A stretch of 63,317 nucleotides of DNA, counting the filler. It is 5 parts of 5 records of this genome, joined end to end, with 100 filler letters (N's around TTAATTAATTAA, not from the genome) between each part and the next. Parts side by side here need not be neighbours in the genome. Positions count along the whole stretch, not along the records: positions 34,438 to 56,910 come from SRR20825006_1270; 4 more parts are not named here. One strand, 5' to 3'. The notes under the pieces were generated by a model that saw only the letters and a list, made by a program, of their open reading frames with translations, searched no databases and was not told the origin of the DNA. Below are positions 41,503-51,558 of this stretch, one piece after another; the first letter of the stretch is position 1, and each line of letters opens with the position of its first letter. A program made the translations under genes and the position numbers.

Positions 41503-42891
41503 ATGGAACAAACAATAAAATCAATGGGGCTTAGGACTATGGATTCGAGAAGAACATTTTTAAAAAAATCAACATTGGCGGGCATTGGACTCTCTATCGC
41601 CCCTTCCTTTACCTATGGACAGTGGGACCCCAGTGAAAAATTAAAGATAGGAATGATCGGCGTGGGACTTCGGGGCACCAATCACTTGAACAACTTGTTG
41701 ATCAGGAAGGACATTGAAATCGTTGCCATCTGTGATATCGATACTGCCCGTACCGCATTGGCCAATGAATTGATTGCTAAGGCCGGTTTCGCGCGACCTA
41801 AAGTGTTTGGAAAGGATGTGTATGATTACAGGAACCTGTTGGAAATGGAACAAGTGGATGCCGTTATCATCTCCACTCCATGGCTTTGGCATACCGTAAT
41901 GGCCAAGGACGCCATGAAAGCGGGAAAATATACCGGTCTCGAGGTATCTGCCGCCAATACCCTGGAGGAATGCTGGGATTTGGTCGAAGTCCATGAACAG
42001 ACGGGTACACAACTCATGCTTTTGGAAAATGTAAATTACCGAAGGGATGTACTGGCCGTTCTCAACATGGTCAAACAACAAGTTTTTGGCGAATTGGTGC
42101 ACTTTAGATGCGGCTATCAACATGACCTACGGGAGGTAAAGTTCAACAACGGCAAGCAACCCTATGGAGGCGGTGTGGAATTTGGTGAAAAGGCCATCTC
42201 GGAAGCCAGTTGGCGTACCAACCATTCCCTAAAAAGAAATGCCGATGTCTATCCAACTCATGGTGCCGGTCCCATCGCAGCCATGTGCGATATCAACCGC
42301 GGCAACCGCTTTTTGTCGATATCCTCCAATGCGACCAAAGGGATCGGACTCCATAATTATATTGTGCAACACGGCGGTAAGGACCATCCCAATGCCAAAT
42401 TGAAGTTTAAGCAAGGGGATGTCATTACTTCCACCATTGAGACCGCAAATGGGGAGACGATAATCGTGACCCATGATTGCAACTTGCCCCGCCCCTACTC
42501 CCTTGGGTTTAGGGTACAGGGTGCCAAGGGCCTCTGGGAGGTCGATGGCAATCGCATCTATATAGAGGGACAATCCGAACCGCACACTTGGGACGATGCC
42601 TCGGGTTGGCTGGAAAAATATAATCACCCGCTCTGGAAAAAGTATGGAAAATTTGCCGAGGGATCGGGGCATGGCGGTATGGACTTCTTTGTCATCAATG
42701 CCTTTGTGGAATCTGCAAAAAAGAACATCGCACCCCCTATCGACGCATATGATGCAGCTGCTTGGAGTGCAATTACCCCACTCTCCGAGGTCTCTATTGA
42801 AAACAATGGGGAACCGCAGGATTTTCCTGACTTTACCAGAGGAAATTGGATTAAAAGAACTCCCTATAATTGGATGAAAAACGACTTCTAA
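41503..42891 (+). CDS. GH109-type NAD+-dependent glycosidase (alpha-N-acetylgalactosaminidase-like; Gfo/Idh/MocA fold) with Tat signal
   Basis: SRRTFLKK Tat motif, IGVGLRG, TPWLWH, MLLEN, YPTHG, GHGGMD, AWSAITPLS, FPDFTRG. Confidence 0.88.
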   Translation: MEQTIKSMGLRTMDSRRTFLKKSTLAGIGLSIAPSFTYGQWDPSEKLKIGMIGVGLRGTNHLNNLLIRKDIEIVAICDIDTARTALANELIAKAGFARPKVFGKDVYDYRNLLEMEQVDAVIISTPWLWHTVMAKDAMKAGKYTGLEVSAANTLEECWDLVEVHEQTGTQLMLLENVNYRRDVLAVLNMVKQQVFGELVHFRCGYQHDLREVKFNNGKQPYGGGVEFGEKAISEASWRTNHSLKRNADVYPTHGAGPIAAMCDINRGNRFLSISSNATKGIGLHNYIVQHGGKDHPNAKLKFKQGDVITSTIETANGETIIVTHDCNLPRPYSLGFRVQGAKGLWEVDGNRIYIEGQSEPHTWDDASGWLEKYNHPLWKKYGKFAEGSGHGGMDFFVINAFVESAKKNIAPPIDAYDAAAWSAITPLSEVSIENNGEPQDFPDFTRGNWIKRTPYNWMKNDF

Positions 42892-44276
42892 TGAAAAAGA
42901 TAAAAATGACAAATCATTATATATTGGGCCTGATCTTCCTGGCCTTCAACTGGAACTGTCAAAGCGATGGCGGAGGCACGGAACCCACAGAAGAACCGGC
43001 GATCGAAGCGGGCGTCTCCCAAATCGATTATCAGGTCTCCCAGCAAGTATTTACCAATCCAGAACGTGGATTTATGCATACCTGGACGGTGTTTTCCGAA
43101 GGGAATGCGGTGGACCCTACGGCATTGGACAACCTGAAGAACCAAAATGTAAGCCTTATACTGCGATTGTATTATTTGGAGCAATTCAAGGACGGGCCGC
43201 TTAGTACGGCACAATTGGAACTGTTCCAGACCGATATGGAACGGTTTAGGGAGGCCGGGGTCAAATGCGTGCTCCGTTTTGCCTATACCAACGACCAGAA
43301 TGGAACCGATGCGCCTATTGATGTCATGGAGACCCATTTGGACCAATTGGCCCCACTTTTTGAAGAAAATGCCGATGTTATCGCGTTTGTACAGGCCGGT
43401 TTTATAGGTGCCTGGGGAGAGTGGTACTATTCATCTAATGGATTGGCCAATACGGAAGGTAGGGAAGCATTGCTTACCAAAATGCTGGAAGTCTTTCCGG
43501 AGAACATCAAAATACAGGTGAGGACACCATTGTACAAACAGGCGATTTTTGGGTATTCCACGGCCATGGGTTCGGATATCGGCTATGGAACAAGTGACCT
43601 GGCAAGGGTCGGCTTCCACAATGATTGCTTTATGGCCAGTACCACGGATTATGGGACCTATCAGGATATAGCGGCAGAAAAGGATTATATAAGCAAAGAA
43701 GCCCTTTATGTACCGACTGGTGGGGAAACCTGTCCGCCCGTAGACATCCCATTGGCCGACTGTACGACCGCGGAAACGGAAATGGAACTCCTGAAATGGA
43801 CGTACCTGAACCTGGATTATTATGGCCCTGTACTGGACGGATGGCGAAATGCCAATTGTTTTGAGGATTTCCAGCGCAGACTGGGCTATCGCCTGGCCCT
43901 CAGACGTGCCACCTTAGCGGATGAAGTTTCCAGCAGCCTTGAGCTTCGGTTGGACATGGAGAATCTGGGCTTTGCGCCCGTTTACAGTACCAAGAACTCC
44001 TATCTGGTACTACGGTCGACTGCGGACGGGACCCTATTCAAAAAACCATTGGAACTTGATATCAGAAGGCTTTTGCCGGATTCAACGTTCGAATGGGAAG
44101 AGACTCTGGATATCTCGGACGTACCCCAAGGCAGCTATGAACTGCTCTTGGAAATTGCAGATGCCTTCGAATCATTACAGGGCAGACCCGAGTACAGTAT
44201 ACGACTGGCCAATGCCAATGTTTGGGAAGCTTCCACCGGATTCAACGACCTGAACCATACAATTACAATCAATTAA
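42891..44276 (+). CDS. DUF4874 + DUF4832 domain lipoprotein (putative glycoside hydrolase)
   Basis: Lipoprotein Cys; NPERG, LRFAY, QAGFIGAWGEW, GFHNDCF, GGETC and RRLGYRL motifs; start overlaps the GH109 stop (TAATG). Confidence 0.82.
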   Translation: MKKIKMTNHYILGLIFLAFNWNCQSDGGGTEPTEEPAIEAGVSQIDYQVSQQVFTNPERGFMHTWTVFSEGNAVDPTALDNLKNQNVSLILRLYYLEQFKDGPLSTAQLELFQTDMERFREAGVKCVLRFAYTNDQNGTDAPIDVMETHLDQLAPLFEENADVIAFVQAGFIGAWGEWYYSSNGLANTEGREALLTKMLEVFPENIKIQVRTPLYKQAIFGYSTAMGSDIGYGTSDLARVGFHNDCFMASTTDYGTYQDIAAEKDYISKEALYVPTGGETCPPVDIPLADCTTAETEMELLKWTYLNLDYYGPVLDGWRNANCFEDFQRRLGYRLALRRATLADEVSSSLELRLDMENLGFAPVYSTKNSYLVLRSTADGTLFKKPLELDIRRLLPDSTFEWEETLDISDVPQGSYELLLEIADAFESLQGRPEYSIRLANANVWEASTGFNDLNHTITIN

Positions 44277-44298
44277 CCAACTTCTTAAAACGAATATT

Positions 44299-45162
44299 AT
44301 GAAAAATCTACAGCTAATTTTAGGGATGCTAACCCTTCTGTTCTGTATCGGGTGTTCTGATGACGACGGCAGTGCAGGGAATGGTACGGGCCCCGTGGCG
44401 GACTTTTCCTTTAGCAATGACGAAAGTACGTTCACCTTCACCAATCTCTCGGAGAATGCAACGGATTACCAATGGGACTTTGGGGACTTAAAGTTCTATT
44501 CCTATGAGGAAAGTCCGACTTATACTTATGACATAGGCGGTGAAATTACAGTATCACTGACCGCCACCAATGAAGCCGGGGAAAGCGATTTTATTTCGAA
44601 GACCATCACGGCGCCCGAGATCATCATCATCAATATTGACATTGATGGAGAATTCGAGGATTGGACGGATGTAGCGATTGCTGCTGAAAATACCTCGGGT
44701 ACAGGATCTATTCAACGTATGAAGGTATGGGCAGGAGGAGAAAACGTCAACATCTATTTTGAGGGAAATACCAGCATGCAAATGGAACTGGTGGATATGT
44801 TCATCAATAGTGATGGTGATCCCGCAACGGGATTCCTCCATGGTACTTGGCCAGAGAACTCAGGGGCAGAATTCCTGTTTGAAGGCCCTTTGGTCAGTAA
44901 TGGTTGGGGCAGTTTTTATGCACATGCAGACCCTGCTGGAGGATGGGCCTGGAACGCCATTGCAGGTTCGGCGGCCAATTTGACCTCCTCTGGGATCGTG
45001 GCCCTCGATGAAGAGACCAATGCCATTGAGTTCCAAATTCCCAAGACCCAGTTTGGGACATTGGGCGAGTCCTTCGGAATTGCTATAACCGAAATGACAG
45101 CGGGTTGGGCCCTAGTGGCCAATTTCCCCGAAGGAGGTTCCTTTGTCATCATTGAACCTTAA
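44299..45162 (+). CDS. PKD-domain surface lipoprotein (SGBP-like)
   Basis: Lipobox IGC; ADFSF...FTNLS...YQWDFGD...VSLTATN PKD; IDGEFEDW followed by a beta-sandwich-like domain. Confidence 0.8.
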   Translation: MKNLQLILGMLTLLFCIGCSDDDGSAGNGTGPVADFSFSNDESTFTFTNLSENATDYQWDFGDLKFYSYEESPTYTYDIGGEITVSLTATNEAGESDFISKTITAPEIIIINIDIDGEFEDWTDVAIAAENTSGTGSIQRMKVWAGGENVNIYFEGNTSMQMELVDMFINSDGDPATGFLHGTWPENSGAEFLFEGPLVSNGWGSFYAHADPAGGWAWNAIAGSAANLTSSGIVALDEETNAIEFQIPKTQFGTLGESFGIAITEMTAGWALVANFPEGGSFVIIEP

Positions 45163-45201
45163 ACATTCTTGGAAATAATTGAGTTAGTTTTATATTGATG
45201 C

Positions 45202-45243
45202 AAATGCCTTGGCCCGGTGGACTCCATTGGTCAGGGCATTTTT
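45202..45243 (+). terminator. Terminator-like hairpin after the PKD lipoprotein gene
   Basis: AAATGCCTTGGCC...GGTCAGGGCATTT followed by T residues. Confidence 0.6.
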
Positions 45244-45266
45244 GTTATAACCAAATATAACCGGCC

Positions 45267-46376
45267 ATGAAAAATACTGCCATTACAGACACCCCCAAGC
45301 GATTGCTGTCCATTGACGTGCTCAGGGGGTTCGATATGTTGATGATCATTTTTGCCGATCATTTTTTCTACAATCTCCACCAGGGGGCACAAACTGGGAC
45401 CACTGCATTTTTTGCCGAACAGTTTTCCCATCCTGATTGGTTTGGTTTTCATTTTTATGACATTATCATGCCTCTCTTTCTTTTTGTGGTTGGTGCGGTG
45501 ATTCCCTTTTCCATGGAGCGCAGGGTCCGTTCCACGCCGAATAAATTCAGTCTCTACCCCCACTTGATCAGAAGGTTTGTCATCCTGTTCATCCTGGGTT
45601 GGGTCGTTCAGGGCAATCTCCTGCACTTCGACCTACAAAAATTCCAGGTGTTCAGTAACACACTTCAGGCCATTGCGGTCGGTTATCTGTTCACCTGTAT
45701 CGCTTATATACATCTGGGGAAGAAGGGAAGATACCTCCTTTTTCTGGGTTGCTTACTGGTCTACACCCTGTTACTGGAATTCGCATATATCCCCGGTATA
45801 GGTTCCAGTGAGTTACTGCCCGACAGGAACATCGCCTTATATATCGACCGCTTGATCTTTGGCCCCTTCGATGATGGGTATCAATATACATGGCTACTGA
45901 CAGGACTGGGCTTTACAGCCACTACCCTATCCGGTCTTTTTGCCGGGGAGCTCCTAAAATCAAGGCCATTTGAGACCAGGACACTTTGGTTATTGACCAT
46001 CGTGGGCCTGGCCGGCATTTCCATGGCACTGGTGCTGCATTTATGGCACCCGATCGTTAAAAAGATATGGACCAGTTCCTTCGTACTACTTTCCTCCGGG
46101 ATCTGTTTTTTGTTACTGGCCCTTTTCTACTGGATCGTGGACATTAAAAAATATAGGCAATGGGCCTACCCCTTGAAGGTCATTGGCATGAATGCCATTA
46201 CGGCCTATGTACTGTCCCATGTGATCCACTTTCCTTCCATTGCCAAACAATTGTTATTTGGCCTTGAACAATTTGTAGGTCCGTACTATGATGCGCTGGC
46301 ATCGATTGGAGGATTTCTGCTCTTGTACCTCTTGTTTTGGTATATGTACAAAAATCAAACCTTTATCAAAATATAA
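45267..46376 (+). CDS. HGSNAT/NagX-like (DUF5009) membrane acyltransferase
   Basis: RLLSIDVLRGFDM, H-x-x-W-x-G, D-x-x-x-PLFLF-x-x-G, LQAIA, PIVKKIWTSSF, GMNAI; multiple TM helices. Confidence 0.85.
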   Translation: MKNTAITDTPKRLLSIDVLRGFDMLMIIFADHFFYNLHQGAQTGTTAFFAEQFSHPDWFGFHFYDIIMPLFLFVVGAVIPFSMERRVRSTPNKFSLYPHLIRRFVILFILGWVVQGNLLHFDLQKFQVFSNTLQAIAVGYLFTCIAYIHLGKKGRYLLFLGCLLVYTLLLEFAYIPGIGSSELLPDRNIALYIDRLIFGPFDDGYQYTWLLTGLGFTATTLSGLFAGELLKSRPFETRTLWLLTIVGLAGISMALVLHLWHPIVKKIWTSSFVLLSSGICFLLLALFYWIVDIKKYRQWAYPLKVIGMNAITAYVLSHVIHFPSIAKQLLFGLEQFVGPYYDALASIGGFLLLYLLFWYMYKNQTFIKI

Positions 46377-46412
46377 AGGGAACCGCCAGGCCTATCCGGT
46401 TCATGACAGTGA

Positions 46413-47792
46413 TCATGAACCGGATACGAGGTTCCGGATCTCGGTTATCATGGCCGCGAGACCGCTTGGCTCCCTATGCTCGGCATACAAGCGTACAATG
46501 GGTTCCGTATTTGATTTTCTCAATTGGATCCACCCATTTGGGTAATAGATCTTGAGCCCATCTTCCTCGTTTACCTGTATACCGGTATGGGAAGCCTTGA
46601 TCTTCGCGAACCATTGCTCCACCTGTACGTCCTCGGACAATTCCATTTTGGTCTTTTCCATAACGTACTTTGGCAATCGGTCCACTAAGGCCGATAGCGT
46701 TTGTCCTTCTTTGGCCAACAGGGTCAGTACGATCGCTATCCCTACCAACGCATCCCTTCCATAATGTAATTCGGGGCAAATGACCCCTCCATTGCCCTCT
46801 CCTCCGATAACCGCATGGTGGTTCTTCATCGCCTTCACTACGTGGACTTCCCCTACCGGGGACTCAAAAAAGGGCACGCCGTGCTTTTGGGCAATATCCT
46901 GTAAGGCCATGGTCGACGACATATTGGCCACCAGTGGCCCTGATTTTTGGGAAAGGATATGATCGGCAACAAGTACCAAGGTATTTTCCTCCCCAATGGG
47001 AACACCATTTTCTGCGACCAACGCCAATCGATCGACATCGGGATCGACGGCAATGCCCAGATCCAAACGATGTTCCCGAACAAGTTCCCCCAACCCTGTC
47101 AAATGCTCCGCCAAAGGTTCGGCCACACGCTGAAAATGGCCATGGGGCTCGTCATAGATCTGTTCGATACGGTCTACTCCCAATCTTTCCAAAAGCAGTG
47201 GTACGGCCAGGCTGCCAACGGAATTGACACTATCCACCCCAATGGAAAAATGGGCCTTCTTGATGGCTTCCACATCTACGATGGGCAACTTTAAAATAGC
47301 TGCAATATGCTGTTCCAAGGCATTTTGGTCCGTGCCATAGGTTCCCAATTCCGTGGACTCAGGAAAGCTAAGTGCGGTATGCTCCGCAAGTTCCATAATG
47401 GTCGCCCCTGCTTCCTTGGAAAGGAACTCCCCTTTGTCGTTCAACAATTTAAGGGCGTTCCAGTGCATCGGATTATGACTGGCCGTTAAAATGATTCCGC
47501 CCTGTGCCCTATGATGGACCACAGCCATTTCCACCGTGGGTGTTGTTGCAAGACCAAGATCCACAATATGGATGCCCATGCCCATCAGTGAACCGATGAC
47601 CAAATGGGAAACCATTTCACCGGATATACGCGCATCCCTGCCCACGATCACCGTAGGGCCGGTATCCGAGTTGTTCTTGACCCATGTGGCATATGCAGTG
47701 GCATATTTGACAATATCCATTGGGGTAAGCGAATTCCCTGGGGTCCCTCCTATGGTACCCCTGATTCCAGAAACTGAACTAATCAAAGCCAT
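46413..47792 (-). CDS. glmM: Phosphoglucosamine mutase / phosphohexomutase
   Basis: SGIRG, TASHNP, DPDVDR, GGEGNG, RKSNTEP. Confidence 0.88.
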   Translation of the reverse strand: MALISSVSGIRGTIGGTPGNSLTPMDIVKYATAYATWVKNNSDTGPTVIVGRDARISGEMVSHLVIGSLMGMGIHIVDLGLATTPTVEMAVVHHRAQGGIILTASHNPMHWNALKLLNDKGEFLSKEAGATIMELAEHTALSFPESTELGTYGTDQNALEQHIAAILKLPIVDVEAIKKAHFSIGVDSVNSVGSLAVPLLLERLGVDRIEQIYDEPHGHFQRVAEPLAEHLTGLGELVREHRLDLGIAVDPDVDRLALVAENGVPIGEENTLVLVADHILSQKSGPLVANMSSTMALQDIAQKHGVPFFESPVGEVHVVKAMKNHHAVIGGEGNGGVICPELHYGRDALVGIAIVLTLLAKEGQTLSALVDRLPKYVMEKTKMELSEDVQVEQWFAKIKASHTGIQVNEEDGLKIYYPNGWIQLRKSNTEPIVRLYAEHREPSGLAAMITEIRNLVSGS

Positions 47793-47793
47793 A

Positions 47794-49716
47794 TCAAAAG
47801 TCGTATTTTACAAAAGCTTCCATGGCCGCATAGCTGGCCAATCCCAATTTTTGATATTTCAGGGCGGTATCCTTATTACGATCTTCCGCCCGTACCCAGA
47901 ACTCACGTAGGTCCTCCCCTTGGAACATCACACCATCTTTCTGGGTCTGATGATAAAAGATGGCCTTCCTTTTGCGCAGGACCTGTTCAGGGCTCATGGG
48001 GACCGCCATCTCGATTTCATGGATATCCCATTCATGCCATGCGCCCCGATAGAGCCATACCCAGCATGCTTTCATAAAAGGCTTTTTCTTGAGCTCTTCC
48101 AATGAAGCAAAAAGTGCTTCCAGACATACCCTGTGGGTACCGTGCGGATCCGCCAGGTCACCCGCCGCATAGATCTGATGGGGCTTAATGGTTTCAATGA
48201 TCTGGTTCATGATCGCAATATCCTCGGGGCCCAATGGATTTTTTTTAATGGTCCCTGTCTCATAGAACGGAAGGTCCAAAAAATGTACCTGGTCATCAGG
48301 GATACCCATATAACGTGTTGCCCCGATACTTTCCGCCCGTCGGATAGTACCTTTTAGTTTTCTTACCAGTGAGGAGTCATAGTCCTCGGTTGTCTTTTGG
48401 CCGATGTCCTGAATGATCTGTTTAAACATGTTGCTCTCCCCCATGCTCTGCGCCACTTCGGCAACTTTGAGGGCCTCGTGATCGGCCACTGCGATATTTC
48501 CAGAGGTCTGGTAGACCACGTGGACCTCGTGCCCCTGGGCCACCAATCGGTCAAAGGTACCCCCCATAGAAATGACGTCGTCATCGGGATGTGGGCTAAA
48601 GATGATGACCCGTTTACATGCCGGTACTGCCCGTTCCGGTCTATGGGTATCATCGGCACTCGGCTTGCCCCCGGGCCAGCCCGTGATCGTATGTTGTAAG
48701 CGGTTAAAAGCCTTGATGTTGATCTCATAGGAAGATTGTTCCATACTGAGCAGGTCCGACATGCCCGAATCATTATAATCCTTGTCGGTCAACTGCAGAA
48801 TGGGTTTTTCCTTTTGCAAGCTCAGCCAGACCAGCGCCTTATGGGTCAGCTCACCCGTCCATTTACAATCGCCCACCAGCCATGGGGTATCGATACGTGT
48901 CAAATGGGCGGCAGATTCCCTATCGAGCACAAAAGTGGTATTTTCATGTTCTTGGAGATAGGTCGCGGGAACCTCCGGGCTCATGGCTCCCTCAATAGTT
49001 CCCTTGATGACCTCCGCCTTGTTCTGTCCCCAGGCCATAAGTACGATTCGCTTGGCTTTCCGGATCGTTCCAATCCCCATCGTAATCGCTTTTCTGGGCA
49101 CATTTTCCAGGCCTTTGAATGCCGGGGCTGCATCGACACGGGTAATATGGTCCAAGGTAATGTCCCTCGTGGCCGAATTAAAATGGGAACCCGGTTCATT
49201 AAATCCTATATGCCCGGTCCGTCCAATACCTAGAAGCTGAAAATCCAGTCCGCCGGCCGCTTCTATCGACTGTTCATAGGACCGACAATAGGCCTTAACG
49301 TTTTCGGAAGCGATCGTACCGTCCGGAATATGCACATTGGACGGGTCAATGTCCACATGATCGAACAAATGCTGGTGCATAAAGTAATGGTAACTCTGTA
49401 TATTACTTTTTTCCATATGGTGGTACTCATCCAGATTAAAGGTCACCACGTGCTTAAAGCTGAGGCCTTCCTCTCGATGAAGGCGTACCAATTCCTCATA
49501 GACCCTGATCGGTGAGGAGCCCGTTGCCAAGCCCAACACACAGGTTTTGCTCTGATTCGATTTCTTGCGGATCAAATCGGCCATCTCATGGGCCACTTGG
49601 ATAGCACCCTGTTTGGCGTCCTCAAAAATGACATTGTGTATTTTTTCGAATCGGGTCTCTTCAAACTGACCCGCAGGTTGATAGTCGATCGTATGGACCG
49701 GTATAAATGTTTTCAT
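47794..49716 (-). CDS. nagB: Glucosamine-6-phosphate deaminase, long form fused to a PIG-L/LmbE-like deacetylase domain
   Basis: GLATGSSP, FNLDEY, GIGRTGHIGFNEPG; C-terminal FSPHPDDD and DPHGTH. Confidence 0.92.
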   Translation of the reverse strand: MKTFIPVHTIDYQPAGQFEETRFEKIHNVIFEDAKQGAIQVAHEMADLIRKKSNQSKTCVLGLATGSSPIRVYEELVRLHREEGLSFKHVVTFNLDEYHHMEKSNIQSYHYFMHQHLFDHVDIDPSNVHIPDGTIASENVKAYCRSYEQSIEAAGGLDFQLLGIGRTGHIGFNEPGSHFNSATRDITLDHITRVDAAPAFKGLENVPRKAITMGIGTIRKAKRIVLMAWGQNKAEVIKGTIEGAMSPEVPATYLQEHENTTFVLDRESAAHLTRIDTPWLVGDCKWTGELTHKALVWLSLQKEKPILQLTDKDYNDSGMSDLLSMEQSSYEINIKAFNRLQHTITGWPGGKPSADDTHRPERAVPACKRVIIFSPHPDDDVISMGGTFDRLVAQGHEVHVVYQTSGNIAVADHEALKVAEVAQSMGESNMFKQIIQDIGQKTTEDYDSSLVRKLKGTIRRAESIGATRYMGIPDDQVHFLDLPFYETGTIKKNPLGPEDIAIMNQIIETIKPHQIYAAGDLADPHGTHRVCLEALFASLEELKKKPFMKACWVWLYRGAWHEWDIHEIEMAVPMSPEQVLRKRKAIFYHQTQKDGVMFQGEDLREFWVRAEDRNKDTALKYQKLGLASYAAMEAFVKYDF

Positions 49717-49749
49717 TGTAATCGAATGTTGTTGTTGATTTTAAATAGG

Positions 49750-51558
49750 TTATTCAATGATATTTTTAATTCGTTTCCACAAGAGGAGTAGTGCACCTCC
49801 TGCCAGTAGACTGATTCCCGTCCACGCCAAGGCATAGGTCCACCTACCGTATATCCAGTATCCCACGGCAAATAGGGCCGCATAGATAAAAACACTCCCC
49901 ACGAGCATCGCGAGTATACCACTGGGGACGCTCCAAGAGGTTTCGGCATCGGCCAGATCAGAACTGGGATGACGGTCTATAATTCGCTTCCATCCCGGTC
50001 CTCCAGGCCTGGTCTTTTGATAAAAACGGTACAATACCCCATCGTCCTCTGGCGGGGTCAAATAGGTTACGGCAAGCCAGGCAACAGTGGTCAAGGCGAC
50101 CACTACAATATATTCGGACCAATCGGGCAGGATTCCAACGTCCGTTGCGAACAGGTATGCGCCCATTGGTGTTAATTTGAACAACAGGGAAAGGGCGCCG
50201 GAAACGAACATGGCCGTGATCTCGCTCCAAGCATTGATACGCCACCAAAACCAACGGAGGATAAAAATAAGTCCCGTGCCTGCGCCAAAGACCAATAAAA
50301 CCTCGAACAATTGCAAAGCATTCTGTAGCACCAGGGCCAATAGGGCACTGACCAACATTAAGCCCACGGTGGCCATCCGGCCCACCCGGACCAATTGCTT
50401 TTCTGAGGCATCCGGATTGACCCTACGCTTGTAAAAGTCATATACGATATAGGAAGACCCCCAATTGAGCTGTGTGGAGATCGTGGACATATAGGCCGCC
50501 ACCAAGGAGGCCAGTACGAGTCCCAACAAACCGGCGGGCAACAAGGTGAGCATGGCCGAATAGGCCAGGTCATGCCCCAGTTTGTCCTCGGATACGATAG
50601 GAAAGGCCCGTTGAAGGCTATCCAGGTCCGGAAACACGACCAATGAAGCCAGTGCGACCAATATCCAAGGCCATGGGCGTATGGCATAATGCATGACGTT
50701 AAAGAAGAAAGTGGCCCCAATAGCGTGTTTTTCATTTTTGGCCGATAGCATCCGTTGTGCAATATATCCGCCTCCCCCGGGTTCCGCACCTGGATACCAT
50801 GAACTCCACCACTGGACCGCCAAGGGAATGACCAACAGGGGGATCCAGGAACGGGAATCGTCCATATCTGGTAGGATATCCAGTTTCCCTTTGACATTTT
50901 CATGGGCAAGGAGTACTTCAAGCCCTCCGACCTCCGGTAAGTTGACCAGGTAATACGCCGCACCTACCGCTCCGATCATGGCCACAAAAAAGAGTACGAA
51001 ATCCGTATAGACCACCCCCTTAAAGCCACCTATGGCACTAAATATCACTGTGATCAGTCCTGCGGAGACCACGGTCTGCCACGGTTCCAGCCCCAACATG
51101 ATACCCCCTATCTTAATGGCTGCCAAGGTTACCGCGGACATGGTGATCACGTTAAAGACCACACCGAGGTACAAGGCCCGGAACCCCCGTAAAAAGCGCG
51201 CCGGTGCACCGCCATAGCGCAATTCATAAAACTCTAGGTCCGTATTGACATTGGACTTTCGCCATAGGCGTGCATAGATAAAAACGGTCAACAGTCCTGT
51301 CAGCAGAAAGGCCCACCATACCCAGTTCCCGGACACCCCATTGGTCCGTACGATATCGGTCACCAGATTGGGCGTATCCGTGGAAAAGGTAGTCGCGACC
51401 ATGGACATGCCCAGCAGCCACCAGGGCATGGAACGCCCCGAAAGAAAATAGTCGGCACTACTACGGCCCGCACTTTTGGACACATAGATGCCAATGCCAA
51501 GCGTTACGGCAAAAAAAGAAAAAATGATGATATAGTCCCAGAATTCCAAAGCAATCAT
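49750..51558 (-). CDS. Sodium:solute symporter family protein
   Basis: DYFLSGRSMPWW, SMVATTF, QRMLSAK, AAYMSTISTQLN; many TM helices. Confidence 0.92.
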   Translation of the reverse strand: MIALEFWDYIIIFSFFAVTLGIGIYVSKSAGRSSADYFLSGRSMPWWLLGMSMVATTFSTDTPNLVTDIVRTNGVSGNWVWWAFLLTGLLTVFIYARLWRKSNVNTDLEFYELRYGGAPARFLRGFRALYLGVVFNVITMSAVTLAAIKIGGIMLGLEPWQTVVSAGLITVIFSAIGGFKGVVYTDFVLFFVAMIGAVGAAYYLVNLPEVGGLEVLLAHENVKGKLDILPDMDDSRSWIPLLVIPLAVQWWSSWYPGAEPGGGGYIAQRMLSAKNEKHAIGATFFFNVMHYAIRPWPWILVALASLVVFPDLDSLQRAFPIVSEDKLGHDLAYSAMLTLLPAGLLGLVLASLVAAYMSTISTQLNWGSSYIVYDFYKRRVNPDASEKQLVRVGRMATVGLMLVSALLALVLQNALQLFEVLLVFGAGTGLIFILRWFWWRINAWSEITAMFVSGALSLLFKLTPMGAYLFATDVGILPDWSEYIVVVALTTVAWLAVTYLTPPEDDGVLYRFYQKTRPGGPGWKRIIDRHPSSDLADAETSWSVPSGILAMLVGSVFIYAALFAVGYWIYGRWTYALAWTGISLLAGGALLLLWKRIKNIIE

